This document shows positions 13,561-27,239 of a stretch of 64,000 nucleotides of DNA, one piece after another. Source of the stretch: Vicugna vicugna (taxonomy: Eukaryota); the NCBI GenBank assembly GCA_013265495.1, contig MU058423.1, positions 5,376,745-5,440,744 on the forward strand, given 5' to 3'. The notes under the pieces are model-generated. The model did not search any database. It saw only the letters and a list, made by a program, of their open reading frames with translations, and was not told the DNA's origin. The position numbers and the translations under genes were made by a program. How positions within the stretch are numbered: position 1 is the first letter of the stretch; each line of letters opens with the position of its first letter.

Positions 13561-14439
13561 TTTAAGCTACAGTTATTGGCAGTTAATTCAATATTTCCTT
13601 AGTAATACTGCTTTGAAATATGAAGGTAAATGAACCTAACTGTAGTAAAATAGTAATCATTAAAGTAAATAGTAAAACTCATAGTAAAACTCATTTAACT
13701 AATGGCGTTGAATTGAATTCAGCTAATACATTTACTTGTTTTATTGTCCATTAATTTCTGCATATATGACATCAAATTCATTAAAAATTAGCAGATGGAT
13801 AGAATTAGCCATGATCATGAAAACGCATTACCAGGAATGCTATGCATTGTTAATTATGGGAACGGAAAGCTTAATAACAGTCACATTAAAATAATTCATC
13901 AGCTTGTTCTATGTAATTTTGCTGTGTGAAGTAATGAGAAACAAGTTTTTCCAAAGTTCAGTGGCATTCGGAAGATACCTGTACTAACACCAAAAAGAAT
14001 TAAAATGCATTATTTCACAGGTAGGTGAATGACTCTTAATTCAGCCTCATTAGTAAAAGGGTTGACACTGTGAAGCTGGTTCCTGCACAACTTGTCATGA
14101 TCTGTGATCTGACTTCCTCAAGGCACCGACATTGAAGAACGATTCACGCACGGGCCTTACTTTTTTCTCCCTCCATCCTGTTACTGCTCACCTTTTCTCT
14201 GGCTCTAGCAGTAAAAATCTGAGTGCAACACCTTGCATGTGCCACAGGAAATAACACAACTTAACTGATCTCTCGGTTTACTTTGAAGAATTAGTCATTT
14301 TGAGAATACTTATTATACTCCAAATGAGGTCCATTCCTATTCCTCTAAAATACATCTGAAGTACTCCTGACGTTGTGCTGCCAAATATTTGTCATCGGTC
14401 ACCACAAACTGAATGTGGCATCAGAATGTTTTCAACAAA

Positions 14440-16900
14440 TTAATTCATTTGTCTATTTATCCATGCATCAAAATATCTATTAAAAATTTAATATGAACCA
14501 GGATACAGGAGTTAAAAAAAAAAAGCCTCTGTTTTCAGATTTACTTTCTTAATGTGGTGCCAGAGAATGGTAGACAATAAATAAATAAGTGAACATGGAT
14601 GGATTCTTTCGTGTGGTGATTAATGGAGCAAAGTGAAGAAAAATCAAGAAGATGGTGAGTGAATAGGGTAGTGTTTTAGATGGGGTAGTAACTGAACTGT
14701 TTTTACGAATGGGCTTTTTAGTAAAGACTAGGGGAAAAAAGTGAGGAAATGAGTCAAATCCTATATAAGGGAAGAGCAGTTCCAGCAGGCAGAACAGCGC
14801 ACGAGCTCTGAGATGCACCTTGCATTCACGTTCAGAGAAAGTAAAGGAGGCCAAGGCCAGTGTGGCCGGAAGTGGAAGCTGGTAGAAGAGGAAGTCAGAG
14901 GGATGAGGAAGTATTTGGTAGATCAGAGACTTCTGAATTTTAGCCTGAGTGAGATGAGAAGCCCTTGTATCATTTCAAAGAGAAGAATGTCATAACCTAA
15001 GGTAGGTTTTAAAGGGTCTTCTTTTATTGCTGTGTGGGAGCAGCTGGTTATTGTCATAGCCTAGGTGAGAAATACTGATGGCTTGAAGTTTGGTGGTCAT
15101 GGTGGAACTGGTGAGGAACTGTTAGATTTTTAACTTGTGAAGTTAGAGACAGTAGTTTTTGTAAAATTAGAGACGTTAGGTTTGGAGGTGGAATATGACA
15201 GAGAGAAGTCAGGGTCTGGGGACTGAGCAGCTGTCACAGTGGAGTCATCCCTTTACGGGGCACTGACATTTTAGGAGATAAATACTGATTAACTTATTTA
15301 TACTATACTGCCCAGTAAAAGCAGTGGCTGGTTTGGGAGCCCTGAAAAAACCAGCAAGGTACTCTGAGGGCAGCATGAGATGAGAAATTTTGAGGACCTC
15401 TGGTATATGCTGATGCGAATGAGGAGGGAATAATGAATGATCAGGGAGAAAGTGCAGCAAATTACAAGAGACGTATATGAACAGCTGAGAAATAAGAGAA
15501 GCCAGTGAACAGATGTAGGATATACTCCTGGAAATGACTACCAGCTCATTATCCTCTGAAAAATGTGAGGAATCAAGTGTGGGACAGCGGACAGTTTTGT
15601 TGGTGGGAGTGGTGGGTATTCTCTTCTGATAGCTTTAAAATTTTTATCCCTTGAAAATGAGAAATGAGGACAAGAACATCAGGTCTGAGGAGACAGGGGC
15701 CTAAAATAATCATTAAGGGGATTATTAGAGTGAACTAGCTGGGTAAAAGCAATAGTTTGGTAACTGGCACCAAGGGCCAACTTGATGCTAGTGTTATGTT
15801 AAATTGACACTAGATGATGTAGTTTTGTATTTATACACAACATTTAGCTATTCAGATGAAGATACGAAGTAGGAGAGTTAGACTCAGGATTTTTCTCCTC
15901 ATGTACAGTAGAAAGTCTAAGTCTCCAGAGAGATGAAAGTGTATATAAGGAGTTATTAAAGAGATGTTTGGTCCAATATAAACCAGATAAAGAGTGAATT
16001 GAGATCATAGGTGAAATAAGAGTAAATGAGAATTTCATAAGATTAATGGAGTAAATTAGTTGGCGGATTTAAATTTTTTGGATTTGTAGTATTAGGGTGA
16101 ATGAGTTAGAAAGGTAGAAGGTATTAGAAGTAATGTCTATTGGTATATCAGAATCACCAAGAAATAAAACAGTAAAAAAATTATTTTAAAAGCAACAGTA
16201 AGTTTTTTCACTGTTTAATAACACTAAGTTGCTAAAGTACTGAAGCAATAAGAAATAAAGTGGTAGTTTATAAAGAAAGGCAAAAAGCAATGGGTGATAT
16301 TATTATGAATTTCGAAGAGTTTTAAAGAAGTTGGAAGATAATTATTGGGAAGTGGCGATGAGGAGCAAGATGAATATACAGTCTGTGTCTAGGAACAATG
16401 TTGGCCTGGGGAGTACAAAGGAAAATAACAAGGCTATTAATCAGGAGCTTTGAAGAGGAATCAGCCATCTCTAGATGAGATAGGTTGTTATCAATTAAAG
16501 CAAGAAGGTGAATGGAATGTCAGCAAGGGCATGATTGAGAGAGGAAATTCTGGGGATTGGCTATCATGAGCTTTAGATTGAAAGAATTTAAGGTTGGGAA
16601 AGGTGTGCGAGATTGCCTCTGTAAAGCCCAAAGGAGATTGCTGTCTAGGTGATCAGGCGTGAAGATGAATGATGACTTGGGAATCTTGGGTTTTCTGTAA
16701 TTCTTGGGGTTATGGAAACAGTTTTAATGATAGACAAATTGAACATGTGAATTGTCCAGGGGTGCCCAGAAGGGGTCTGTGAATATTGTCCCAGGAAGTG
16801 AGGCCAGGGCTTCCAGGAGCATGTCAATTATGTGGGTCTCTGATTCAGGAAGACCATTAGTAACACTGAGCCTATAGCAGTGCTTTGTTACTGAAAGGAT
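14440..16900 (-). mobile_element. L2 LINE remnant(s)
   Basis: Begins with an antisense L2 tail (ttcatttgtctatttatccatgcatcaaaatatctatt), followed by purine-rich L2-like DNA (gggaagagcagttccagcaggcagaacagc). Distal extent is uncertain. Confidence 0.6.
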
Positions 16901-17915
16901 GGCTTTGGATAGATTAGAATTGTATAACTTGAGATGATGCATATTCTCCATAAATAATATTTAAAGTCATACTCTGATTTCCAATTCCAAGATCCTAGGA
17001 AATATCTAGTACTTTTATTTATGTTCCCATTTACTTATAAACAAATCTAAATCTGAAGTCCATTTAGGGATATGGTCAAGATTGATGGTTTGAATATAGA
17101 AGGAAACTAATACATAAATCTTATTATATATAGTTTTGGACAAAATGTAAAAAATACTTTAACAAACATTTCATTTTAGAGGATATTCTACCAACCGAGG
17201 GCCCCATAGAAGCAGACATCATCACTTTCCAAAGTGCTTTGACCAAAACTAGAATTTGTTGACCTGTTTACTTGTAAATTTTCAACATGTGGCAGAGCCC
17301 TTTGCTGTTGCTAAGGAATAATTGAAATAAAAATAATCAGTTATTTTATAACAGTTTTCTCCTTAGACTTCTGAGTGATCTGAACTTTCAAGTAGAAGTT
17401 AATTGTATATATTTTATAACCATCAATTAATTTACAAATAATGATCCTAATATTCCTCAGTTCTTCGGAGGTCAACCTGACCACAGCAGGTATATGGAAA
17501 AGTGCCAAATGGAAATATTATAAATAAAACAATCTGAATATTCAGCAGTAATTAATCTATTTGAGCAATACTGAGAATATTTTTTCATTCATTATGACTG
17601 ATCACCTTAGCAACCAGAAAAGAGCAATCACTTTGATTAGCAATATTAAAATATCAAGCCACTCCAAGAAAAATATGAGAGATGTAAACTGAAACAAGTT
17701 GACAGAAAATGAGGCCAAAATTATGGGAAAAAAAACAATGGAATGTAGATATTATGGGCACAAGGGATGTCAAAAATGTTTTACATTGTGATTATGTGGT
17801 CTTACAGTACCCAGGAAACAGGAAAAATAAAATATTTGTTACTTTGTCTACTGAAATAAGAGATGTGTTTCCAGAGTGTTGACTGATGTTTTTTATCATA
17901 TTTAATTCATACTAA

Positions 17916-18088
17916 TGATTGTCAGATTTAATAAATAAAATACAGAGTGACCAGTTAAATTTGAACATCAGATAAACAACGATTTTCAAGTAAAAGTATG
18001 TTCTATACACTTATTACTATTATTATCATTTCTTGCTATCTGAAGTTCAAATTTAATCAGACATCCTAAATTTTAGCTGATGACCCCA
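17916..18088. mobile_element. MER53-like palindromic DNA transposon (MITE)
   Basis: Internal inverted repeat ttaaatttgaacatcagata ... tatctgaagttcaaatttaa. Confidence 0.85.
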
Positions 18089-19092
18089 GTAATAGTGCTT
18101 ATATAAATAAAATAGCTCCAGAAGATCAGTGTAACTAAGTCCTTGGTAGTTTTTATAACTTCAGAGAGAGAATTTACTTAGCAAGATGATGCACAGGTAT
18201 GACTTTGCCATGAAAAATGTTAGCGGTGTGACGATGGTAATCTTTTGCCCTGGTGTCATCAGTGGTGCAGTGGGAATGCTATCTACTTCACAGATTTGCT
18301 GAACAGAGTATCAGATACATGTATGTAAAGCACTTACGAACATCCTTAATAAACAGCGGCTGCTATTACCACACACTTCAGGCCTAACCATAGGTTTACC
18401 CTCTGGCATGACATGTGGTTTGATGAGGGTAGTGAAACACAGGACACTAGGAATATAAGGAGCCTTAGAAAAAAGCGTTTCAAATTCTCCATTTTTAGCA
18501 GAAAATAAACTGAGACTTAGAAGAAAAAAGTGCACTTAAAAGAACATATGCTATATTTAGGTATTTAGCGTCCATTTCTCTCTAAATTCACTATGTTATG
18601 GGTAAAACTCTATAGACAATATACATAATTTCTCAAGAAAACGAACAAGGGATAAGATGTTTAAAAAACATCTCACAAAGGAAGCTGATGTGTTCCTCAG
18701 CTGGTTTAATTTATTGAGAGTCAGCTAAAGTTAGTAGTCTAGGTGAGTTAGGGATTTTTGACAATATCTAAGAACATTTTTAATGCATTTTGCAATTTGG
18801 TAAATCGTTGAAAATTATGAGAAAAGAGAGAGACATCATGTCCCTTCTTAATAATGAAAAATATTAACTCTGACTTTACCCTATATTGCTTGTGGGCATG
18901 TGTTTAATTTAGTTGAACTGAACTAAAATCATTGCAGAATATAAAGTAACCACAAATGTTCCCATAAGGGAAAAAGGCTAGATGTTAAGGGAAAACTAGC
19001 TATACCATATCTTTTAAGAAATATTATAATTAAGAATCCTGACAAATGAATGTGTTCTATTCTTAATTTTTTTTTGAAATGTGTATGTACTT

Positions 19093-19590
19093 GTGTGGTT
19101 AACTTTGCATCAACTTAGGTGGGCCACAGTGCCCAGATATCTGGTCAAACATTCTTCTAGATGTTTCTGCAAAGGCATCTTTTTTCTTTTCGATGAGAGT
19201 AACGTTGCTTTGTGTAAAGTAGGTTACCCTCCATAATTTGATGGGGTTCTTCCAATCACTGGAAGAACCTTAGGGGGGAACAAAGACTAAAATCCCCTCA
19301 GTAGGAAGGATTCTGCCATCTGACAGCCTTTGTACTGCAGTTCGTCCTGGTCTCCAGCCTGCTGGTCTACAATACAGATTTTTGAATGTACCATTATCCT
19401 TAAACAACTGCATGAGCCAGCTCCTTCAAAGAAATCTCCCTGTCTCTCCCCATCTCCACCTCTGTCATCTCGTTTCTATCCCTTTAACTATATCTGCATA
19501 TCTATGCCTACACCTTTACTTACACATTTACATGTATCTATAAATATATCCACATATCTCAAGACAGTTCTGTTTCTTGGAAATACACAG
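19093..19590 (+). mobile_element. MLT2 (ERVL) solo LTR
   Basis: ggttaactttgcatcaacttaggtgggccacagtgcccagatatctggtcaaacatt ... gttctgtttcttgga. Confidence 0.85.
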
Positions 19591-21297
19591 CATTTATATT
19601 TTTTCATTGATCTTTAACAAATAGGAAGTGGTGGCTATGCAAATACGTCTTACATTAAACCATCATCTAAACATATGAAATGAAAGTCAGCCAAGCAAGG
19701 GATAATTAAAAACAAAATTAATTACTTTACCCTAGTCCACGTGTCTTAACGTGTAATATGAGAATTATCCAAACAGGTTTCCCACTGTTTTCAGGGTGTT
19801 ACATCATCCAAGAAGTGTCATTACTTTCGTTATTTCAGGAGACTTAAAAATTAAAACCTAACTTTCATACCAACAAGGATTAAATAGATATTCTTTCCCC
19901 CTTTAGGCCTCTCACCTGCTCAACAATGAACACACTTGGAGCCTACGATAGTAATGGTAGACAGATTGCTGTTATCCTGGCTTTTAGTTTCATTCAGCCT
20001 TTTCTAATTGGAGCCCCAGGCTTGGATCTCTCACAAACCACATCGTGTACAACACTGCTCTGATAGATAAATAAGTAGGGAAAAAATGAAAACAAGAAAG
20101 GCAGACTGGGTTTTTTGGAGGCAGGCTGAGAGAGTCCGACATCCAATAGCCTGAAGCTCCTACCTGTGGTGAAGGCTGTGAAGAGGCGATAACGCGCCGT
20201 GTTCTTTGTGGCAGACAGATTTAGACAGGTCCTTCCTAGAGGCCAGAAGGTAGATTAAAATTAAATGGCAAATAGTTACTACCGGTATGAAAGTAGTGTT
20301 CACTACAGCTCTCTGCACAGAGTGTTGATAACACACGTATCTCTAGTCTGCTGCTCTGAAAAGCACTGAACTGGGAGAGAAAATTCATTGTAAACTGAAC
20401 TGGGAGAGAACATTCAGTGTGAGCAGTGAACAAATAGCTCTGAAACTCTGGGAAGGTGCAGCAAGGCCAATCAGCACTCAGAAGGCGTTCTCAGGGAATC
20501 TGGGTCAGCCCAGAGGCAGAATTGAGAATCAGAGGGCCTCTGGAAACACGTTATGATATCATTGTTTATAGCATGGATGACAGTTGTACAAATACAGCCT
20601 ACTTTGGGCTCAAATTATTTTAAAGATTTGGACATTCTTTTTAAATCTCTCTACAGAGCTATTTTACTACAAGAAATGTTGTACTTCTGTGAAGTTCACA
20701 GTATTTGCTGCCTCCCTGCTGATTGTAGGTGTTGGTGATGTCTGACGTTAGTACATCAGGCTGTAATAAAAAATGCATGAGAACATTGGCTGTCAGAACA
20801 CTAATTTGAAAATGTATCTGTGCCCTGTTTGTACACATGAATTAATTTAGAGAAAAGATTAACTACATGCTGTTTGTTAGCCATTAGCTTGTTACTAATC
20901 AGTGAGCAAGGTGACAATAATTTTTGCATTTTTGAGTTACTTCTCTAGGAGTCAAAGGAAAATACAGAGCTTTAAGAAACAAGTTATTTTCAAAGTCTTG
21001 ATGAAAAAGAATGAAACTTTAGCAAGTGCATTCATCAGGCAGTGACAATAATGTACTGTAGTTTATTTTTTTATACGTTGATTTTAAAGTAATTCTTTGA
21101 TTCCTTTTTTTTTCCCATTCATATCCTTTGAAGAGTTGGAACAAATCACCCCTGGAGTGGTTTTAATGCTGGTTAGATTCTTAAGACCCTTAAATAGACT
21201 TTTCCTTTATGTATGTGGTTAACTTAAAGTAATGGCATAATTCCTCTTATGGGCTAAATTCTTGGGATAAATTTCCATTTTCTATTAACCATCCACT

Positions 21298-21510
21298 CTT
21301 TTTTGTTGTTTTATTGACAATATGTCAATTTCTGGTGTACAGCATAATGTTGCAGTCATACATATACATATATTTGTTTTCATATTCTTTTTCATTATAG
21401 ATTACAAGATACTGAACATAGTTCCCTGCACTATACAGTAGGACCTTGTTGTTTATCTATTTTATAGATAGTAGTTACTATCTGCAAATCTTAAACCCCC
21501 AGTTTATCCA
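21298..21510 (-). mobile_element. Short L1 3'-UTR insertion
   Basis: Homologous to the 3' end of the L1 at 58830. Flanks atccactctt / atccattctt suggest a TSD. Confidence 0.85.
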
Positions 21511-21579
21511 TTCTTATTAATGAGTAAACTATGTATTCTGTTATTTGTCTTTTATTTCTTCTATTAAGCAAGACTAAAT

Positions 21580-21800
21580 ATGTCATGATGGTTCTGAGTA
21601 AGGACTCTAGAACATAAATGTCTGGCTTCAGATCTTAATTCCAGAACTTTTTAGCTATGTGATCCTGGTCAAATTAATTAATGTCCCTATTGCTTCAGTT
21701 TCCTTATCTGTAAGTTGAGAAGAACAATAGTACTTAATGCAGCATGTACTTAGAGTAAATCCTGGCATATCGTGAGAACCTGATACATACTAGCTATCAT
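21580..21800 (+). mobile_element. MIR SINE
   Basis: Core tagctatgtgatcctggtcaaattaattaa...gcttcagtttccttatctgtaag. Confidence 0.85.
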
Positions 21801-21829
21801 TCCTACAGTCTTTCTAAATTTATTCTGTT

Positions 21830-22445
21830 CTGTTTCATTGGTACTGCCTCAGTCAGGTCTCTGTCATCTTCCATATCAATTACTGTAGCAGTCTTCTGCC
21901 TAGTATTTTCCTCCAGTTTTCACCTACGTCAAGTTCATACACACTGTTGTCAGCATGACCTGACCAAACGGAGAACTGTTGATGTCATTCCTCTGATGAA
22001 AATTCTTCAGTTTTCTCTATCTTCCTCAGGAGGACGTCAAAATTATTTTTACAGTGTTTACTTCCCTTTGTGAGTGGACAGCTTCCTGTCTCATTAGCCT
22101 CATCTGTTTCCACTTGTCATCTTGAACGGGATATTTTAGCCATATGGAATAACTTCTGTCTCCCTAAACACATTCGCATTCTCCCTATAAGAGTGTCTTC
22201 GCCCATTATGTTATTAACTTTCCCCCTCCCATCTATATTTTATGTGTTTTATGACCCCCCCAATGTCAATGTTTTTCCTTCAAAGCATTTTTACATTGCG
22301 TTGAAATTGTGCATTTGTTTCTCAGCATTGTTTGTGAGCTATCTCATACATATTCTGTATTTTATCTTAGAATTTTCAGAATCTGCCACTGCAAGTGCTC
22401 TGAACATAGTAGGTCTTTCATAAATGTTTGTTAAGAGTGATGCAC
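21830..22445 (+). mobile_element. L2 3' fragment
   Basis: Ends catagtaggtctttcataaatgtttgttaagagtga, an L2-type terminus. Confidence 0.65.
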
Positions 22446-22597
22446 TTATTTAAATTGTACGCTTTCTTGCACTCTGATAGTACCTGCACAGTATGAGACA
22501 AACTTATTGGTAAAAGCAACTTCTTCTGGAAGGCACAGATTAACAATAAGGACTAACAGAATCTGTACCCTGGAGTAGAGGTTGGAATATGAAGAAG

Positions 22598-22740
22598 AAA
22601 TTAAACATAATCCAACCTCACTGTATGCTAAACACACACATATATTAACAAAATCCAAAAAAAAACAAAAAAAATTAAACATTACCCAACCTCGCTGTAT
22701 GCTAAAACACACACACATAAACAAAAACCCAAAAAATTAA
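22598..22740. repeat. Local tandem duplication, two copies of ~74 bp
   Basis: aaattaaacat(a/t)a(t/c)ccaacctc(a/g)ctgtatgctaaa..cacacaca starts at 22598 and again at 22672. Confidence 0.9.
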
Positions 22741-24229
22741 AAAAAAAATAAGCAATTCTGAAATAGAGTTACAATTATAATCTATTCAGAAGTATAATTA
22801 CAATTGTATGCTTCTTTCAAAAAACCCTTGTTACTGTATTTACTTCTTAATTCAGCCTTGAAGTAGTCTTTATTTCCCTGCTTTAGGCTGGATACAGAAT
22901 TGTGTGCTGCCATTTTAACATAAAATTTTATGTTAAAGACAGTCATATTCCTTTAAATAGTTATTGAAAACTATGATTGAAGTGCCTTCATAATATCATA
23001 TTATAATTTTGTAAGACAGTGAACACAAATGTTGGAAAAAATAATACCATAAAATAAGCAATTAAAAATTTTTTAAAAATTTAAACTAAAAAAAATTTTT
23101 AAATTAAAAAAAAAATTTTTAAAAAAGGCCTTGTCTTTTATAAGAACTAAACTGTGAAAAGGAAGGAGAGACACGCTGGTCAGTGGTTTCCCAGTATCTT
23201 CCCACACTAAAATTATGACTCTTTGTATAAACAAATAGAATAAATGACCCCTTTGAGATTAGTCTTGAGGTCAGGAGCGGGGCAAGAGCCTTGTATCCCC
23301 AGGTAGGAGATAAAAGACAGCTCATCCCCAGTTAGGAAAGGGACAGATGGACTTGTACTTTTGAAGTAACTGAAAACTACTTAGACGCGGTGCTCACAAA
23401 CGTAAGTCACACTTGTGCAGTAAGTACTTCAGATCTGAACCGGTTTACAGTGTTTAAACAGGAAGGCGAATATAAAAATATCAGTTAATATTTTAACATG
23501 AATTGAGGTTCTGTCTATTGTGGAGACTGATTTCTTTATCATAACCACTCTTGTACTGTTGACAATTAAGGTTTCTGTATTTTGGGTGTTTTTTCTTGTT
23601 TTTTTCTTTGCTGTTTTAAAAAGTACTACATAAACATGCTTTTACTAAGATTTTGGCTGAATTACTGATTGATTTTTCTCATGAATAACTGCTAGTAAAA
23701 TAACTAAACAGGTAATACGAATTTTGTCGTGGCTTTTGATTAAGATAGACTAGTGACCACTAAAAAGCTCTCCTTTTGTTTTTCACAGTTTATACTATTA
23801 GTATATGCACTGTCTGTCTCACTATAACTTAATAAAACCACTTCATATTTTGAAAGATACTACCCTGTTGTTCACATTACTCATTTCACGTGAGGGAGTA
23901 TCTCTGTGTTGGTAACACGTGTCTGGATTCATTTTCCTTCAGGTATTCTCATTTTCGAGAAGTTTATAGTACTTCTAGCTTTTTTGTTAAAAGCATATAC
24001 ATAAGCAAAATTCGCCGAAACATTAAGTCTAATATTAGATTAAGTGTATATTTAGTAAAAGTTTTAATTGATACAAATAATCACACATACTCATATTTAG
24101 CAGAAAGGTATAAAGGAAAACTAAAATAGAGATTACTTCTGGGTAATTTTATTTTCTTTATACTGTTTTGTGTGTTCATTACGCATAAGAGTCTTATTTT
24201 TATAACTAATAAAAACTTGTTTTATTAAG

Positions 24230-24540
24230 CCTAATTTTTACCATTAGGTAAACAATTATGTGCAATTAAAGTGTACAATTTGATGAGTTTTGACACATGT
24301 ATACACCCATGAGACCATCACCACAATCAGGATAAAAGCATTTTCATCACCCTCAGAAGTTTCCTTGTGCTCCTTAACAGTCAGTTCCTCTTTTTACCCC
24401 TGGTTCCCAGAGCTGCTTTTTTGTTTTTGTTTTTGTTTTTCATTATACATTCATTAGTTTGAATTTTATAAAAAAATTAATACAAAACAGAATTATATAA
24501 TTTGAACTCTTTTCTGCCTGCTTTCTTTCATGCAGCAAGA
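24230..24540 (-). mobile_element. Old L1 3'-UTR fragment (L1MC/L1ME-type)
   Basis: aagtgtacaatttgatgagttttgacacatgtatacacccatg...accacaatcagg. Confidence 0.8.
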
Positions 24541-24931
24541 GTAAAAGCATTGGAATAAAATGGTCTTAAGTTGAGTAACAGCCAGGTCTCTCATTAATGT
24601 GTAACCTAAGGTGTGTGTCAGTGGGCCTAAATTATGGCACTGTTAAATTGGTCGTATTAATACTACTTTTGAAAGGCAACTGGAATATAAGAAAAAATAT
24701 GAAATTTCATACATCACTGGGGATACTGCAAGTTGAATAATGCTATTTGCTTTACATTAGTTCTCACTTGATACTTATTTCTAGTTTTATACATTCATCC
24801 AGTGTCTTTTCTGAACATAGATTTCGCTTCAGAATATCCCATTCTTTGGGCCTAAGGACTATTCTCAATTGAAAGTGTAACTTCCTGAAAGACTTTCTAG
24901 GTAGAAACTGTGGACACTTGAAGTTCTTTCC

Positions 24932-25357
24932 TGTATTAGGGTTCTCCAGAGACTGAATCAGTAGGATAGTGACATCCATATATTATATAATATAGACATA
25001 GGTGTAAATATAAATCTATAGCCATTAAAGGAAATTAATTCTGAGGAATTTGCTGATGTGATTATGGAGGCTGAGAAGTTCCATGAGAAGCTGAAGACCC
25101 AGGAAAGCCAGTGGTGTAATCCAGTCTGAGTCTGAAGGCTTGAGAACCAGGGTGACTGATGGTGTAAATCCCAGCCTAAAGGCCCAAAAAGATAAGAGGT
25201 CCTAGTTTAATCAGTGAAGCATGGGACGAAAAGGGCAAATTCTTCCTTCCTCTGCCTTTTGTTCTATTTAGGCCCTCAAGGGAATGGAATATGCCCACAC
25301 ACAATGGGGAAGGCATCTACTTTATCGAATCCTCCAGTTCAAATGCTAATCTCATTC
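24932..25357 (-). mobile_element. MLT2 LTR, truncated
   Basis: tgtattagggttctccagaga...gtgattatggaggctgagaagttccatga...caaatgctaatctcatt. Confidence 0.88.
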
Positions 25358-26030
25358 ACATCCACATACCACATCTTCTTTATCCAGTAATCCATTGATG
25401 GACTGTTGTGTCCATGTCTTGGCCATTTTAAATAGTGCTGCTATGAGCTTTGAGATGTGTGTATCTTTTTGAATTAGAGTTTCCTCTGGATAGACGCCAG
25501 TAGAGGGATTGCTGCATCATGTGGTAAGTCTGTTTTTAGTTTTTTAAGGAACCTCCATACTGTTCTCCATAGTGGGTGCACCATTTACATTCCCACCAAC
25601 AGTGTAGGAAGGTTCTTTTTTCTCCACACCCTCTCCAGTATTTTTTATTTGTAGACTTCTAGTCATGGCCATCTTGACTGGTGTTGAGTGATACCTCATT
25701 GTAGTTTTGATTTGCATTTCTCTAATAATTAGCAATATTGAGCATCTTTTCATCTGTCTGTTGGCCATATGTATGTCTTCTTTAGAGAAATGTCTATTTA
25801 GGTCTTCTGCCCATGTTTTGATTGGGTCATTTGGTTTTTTATTGAGCTGTATGAGCTGTTTGTATATTTTGGAAATTAACCCCTTGTTGGTCACATCATT
25901 TGCAAATGCTTTCTCTTATTCTGTAGGTTGTCTTTTCATTTTATTGATGGTTTCCTTTGTTGTGCAAAGGCTTGTAAGTTTGATTAGATCCCATTTTTTA
26001 CGGGGCTTTTTTTTGCTTTTATTTCCATTA
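25358..26030 (-). mobile_element. L1 ORF2 C-terminal fragment
   Basis: ORF 25544-25894 reads [25 protein letters not shown]...[13 protein letters not shown]. Confidence 0.92.
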
Positions 26031-27239
26031 CTCATTTTTAAGACAACAGGTGAACATTACATTGAAGAGTGCCACTGTAGACTTGAAGAAACAGAAGAGG
26101 GATGCTCTGTGAAGCAAAGACTTGAGACCTGCAGACCAACCAAACTTCCTATTTGTTTCTGGAAGTCAAAATTTGTGGCTTTTAGACATAGAAGGGAAGT
26201 CTGTTCATACCTCTTAGTTATTCTTCAATACATTAGAGTCAGTGCTATTCTTAGGTGAACATTTTTTTCTCATATATTGTGGCTTTCTCTTTTGTGAGCT
26301 CTCACTGTGAAGAGACATTCCAAATGTCCACAACAGACACAAACTTTCCAGCAAACTATGAGCAGTATATCTGTTTCATCTTTTTTTCCTTGCATATTGA
26401 CACACTTTCTTCAATTCTTATCTAGAACAATATCCAGGACTTATTATTGAAAAGCTGTTTTGCTCTCTGGGTGCATCTACTATTTCCAGCTCATAAACAA
26501 GATGAATATGAATGAGCCTAAATGATGAGTTTAGCTCATTCTGTTAGTGAATTTACCGACCTCCCTATAGAAAATGAAGTTATGTAAAGTTAAATTATCT
26601 AAATAAGAAAAAAATTAATTTTTCCTCTATTTTTGAATAACCCATTCAATAGTGGACATTTGGGGCATTATTGCTAATTATCAGAGTTGACAAACTCTTA
26701 TATTTCATGAGGTTTTTGAGACATGAGATTATATACACACAAGAAAGTGTGACTGGAAGCCATCAGGAATTTTACACAGTATCTGAGAAATAATGAGAAA
26801 TGCATTTATTCATTCAGAAAACCAGTTTATAAAACTGACTGACTAAAGCATTTTGACAAGCAGTAGGAATTGTAAGTAGAAAATTAATAGCATTTCCAAA
26901 TTTAACCAGAACACAATGCCTCTCTTTAGTGTCTCAGTAATATACTCCAGAATTTTGAGACCAATGCATAGGATAAAGAAGGTATATTTTATTCAAATCA
27001 GTGAGACATTTGTGCATTAATTTGATGTCAGGAGTGTAGCAGCTAGCTACAGTACGACACCAGGAAGATTTGCCATTAACCTGCTGACCTGAAATTATCA
27101 ATTTGAAATTTTCTAATGATGGAGGTGGATTAAAAGCACTTTAGGCTTCTAATAAAAAATTAGAAAAAGGATCATCAGAAGCAAAAGTGAAATCATTACC
27201 TAACTGAAAATTTATGAAACTGTTCAAAAAAACTGCAAA

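Noticed and set aside
17916..18088. Novel hairpin or pre-miRNA
   Set aside because: Explained by the palindromic MER53-type element.
22598..22740. CRISPR-like repeat array
   Set aside because: Only two units, the intervening sequence is also duplicated, and the context is mammalian with no cas genes.
23060..23126. A/T-run quasi-palindrome
   Set aside because: Low complexity only.
25707..26258. 183-aa plus-strand ORF, and similar MICISLIIS... ORFs at 29474 and 59658
   Set aside because: These are antisense readings of L1 ORF2, a recurrent artefact.
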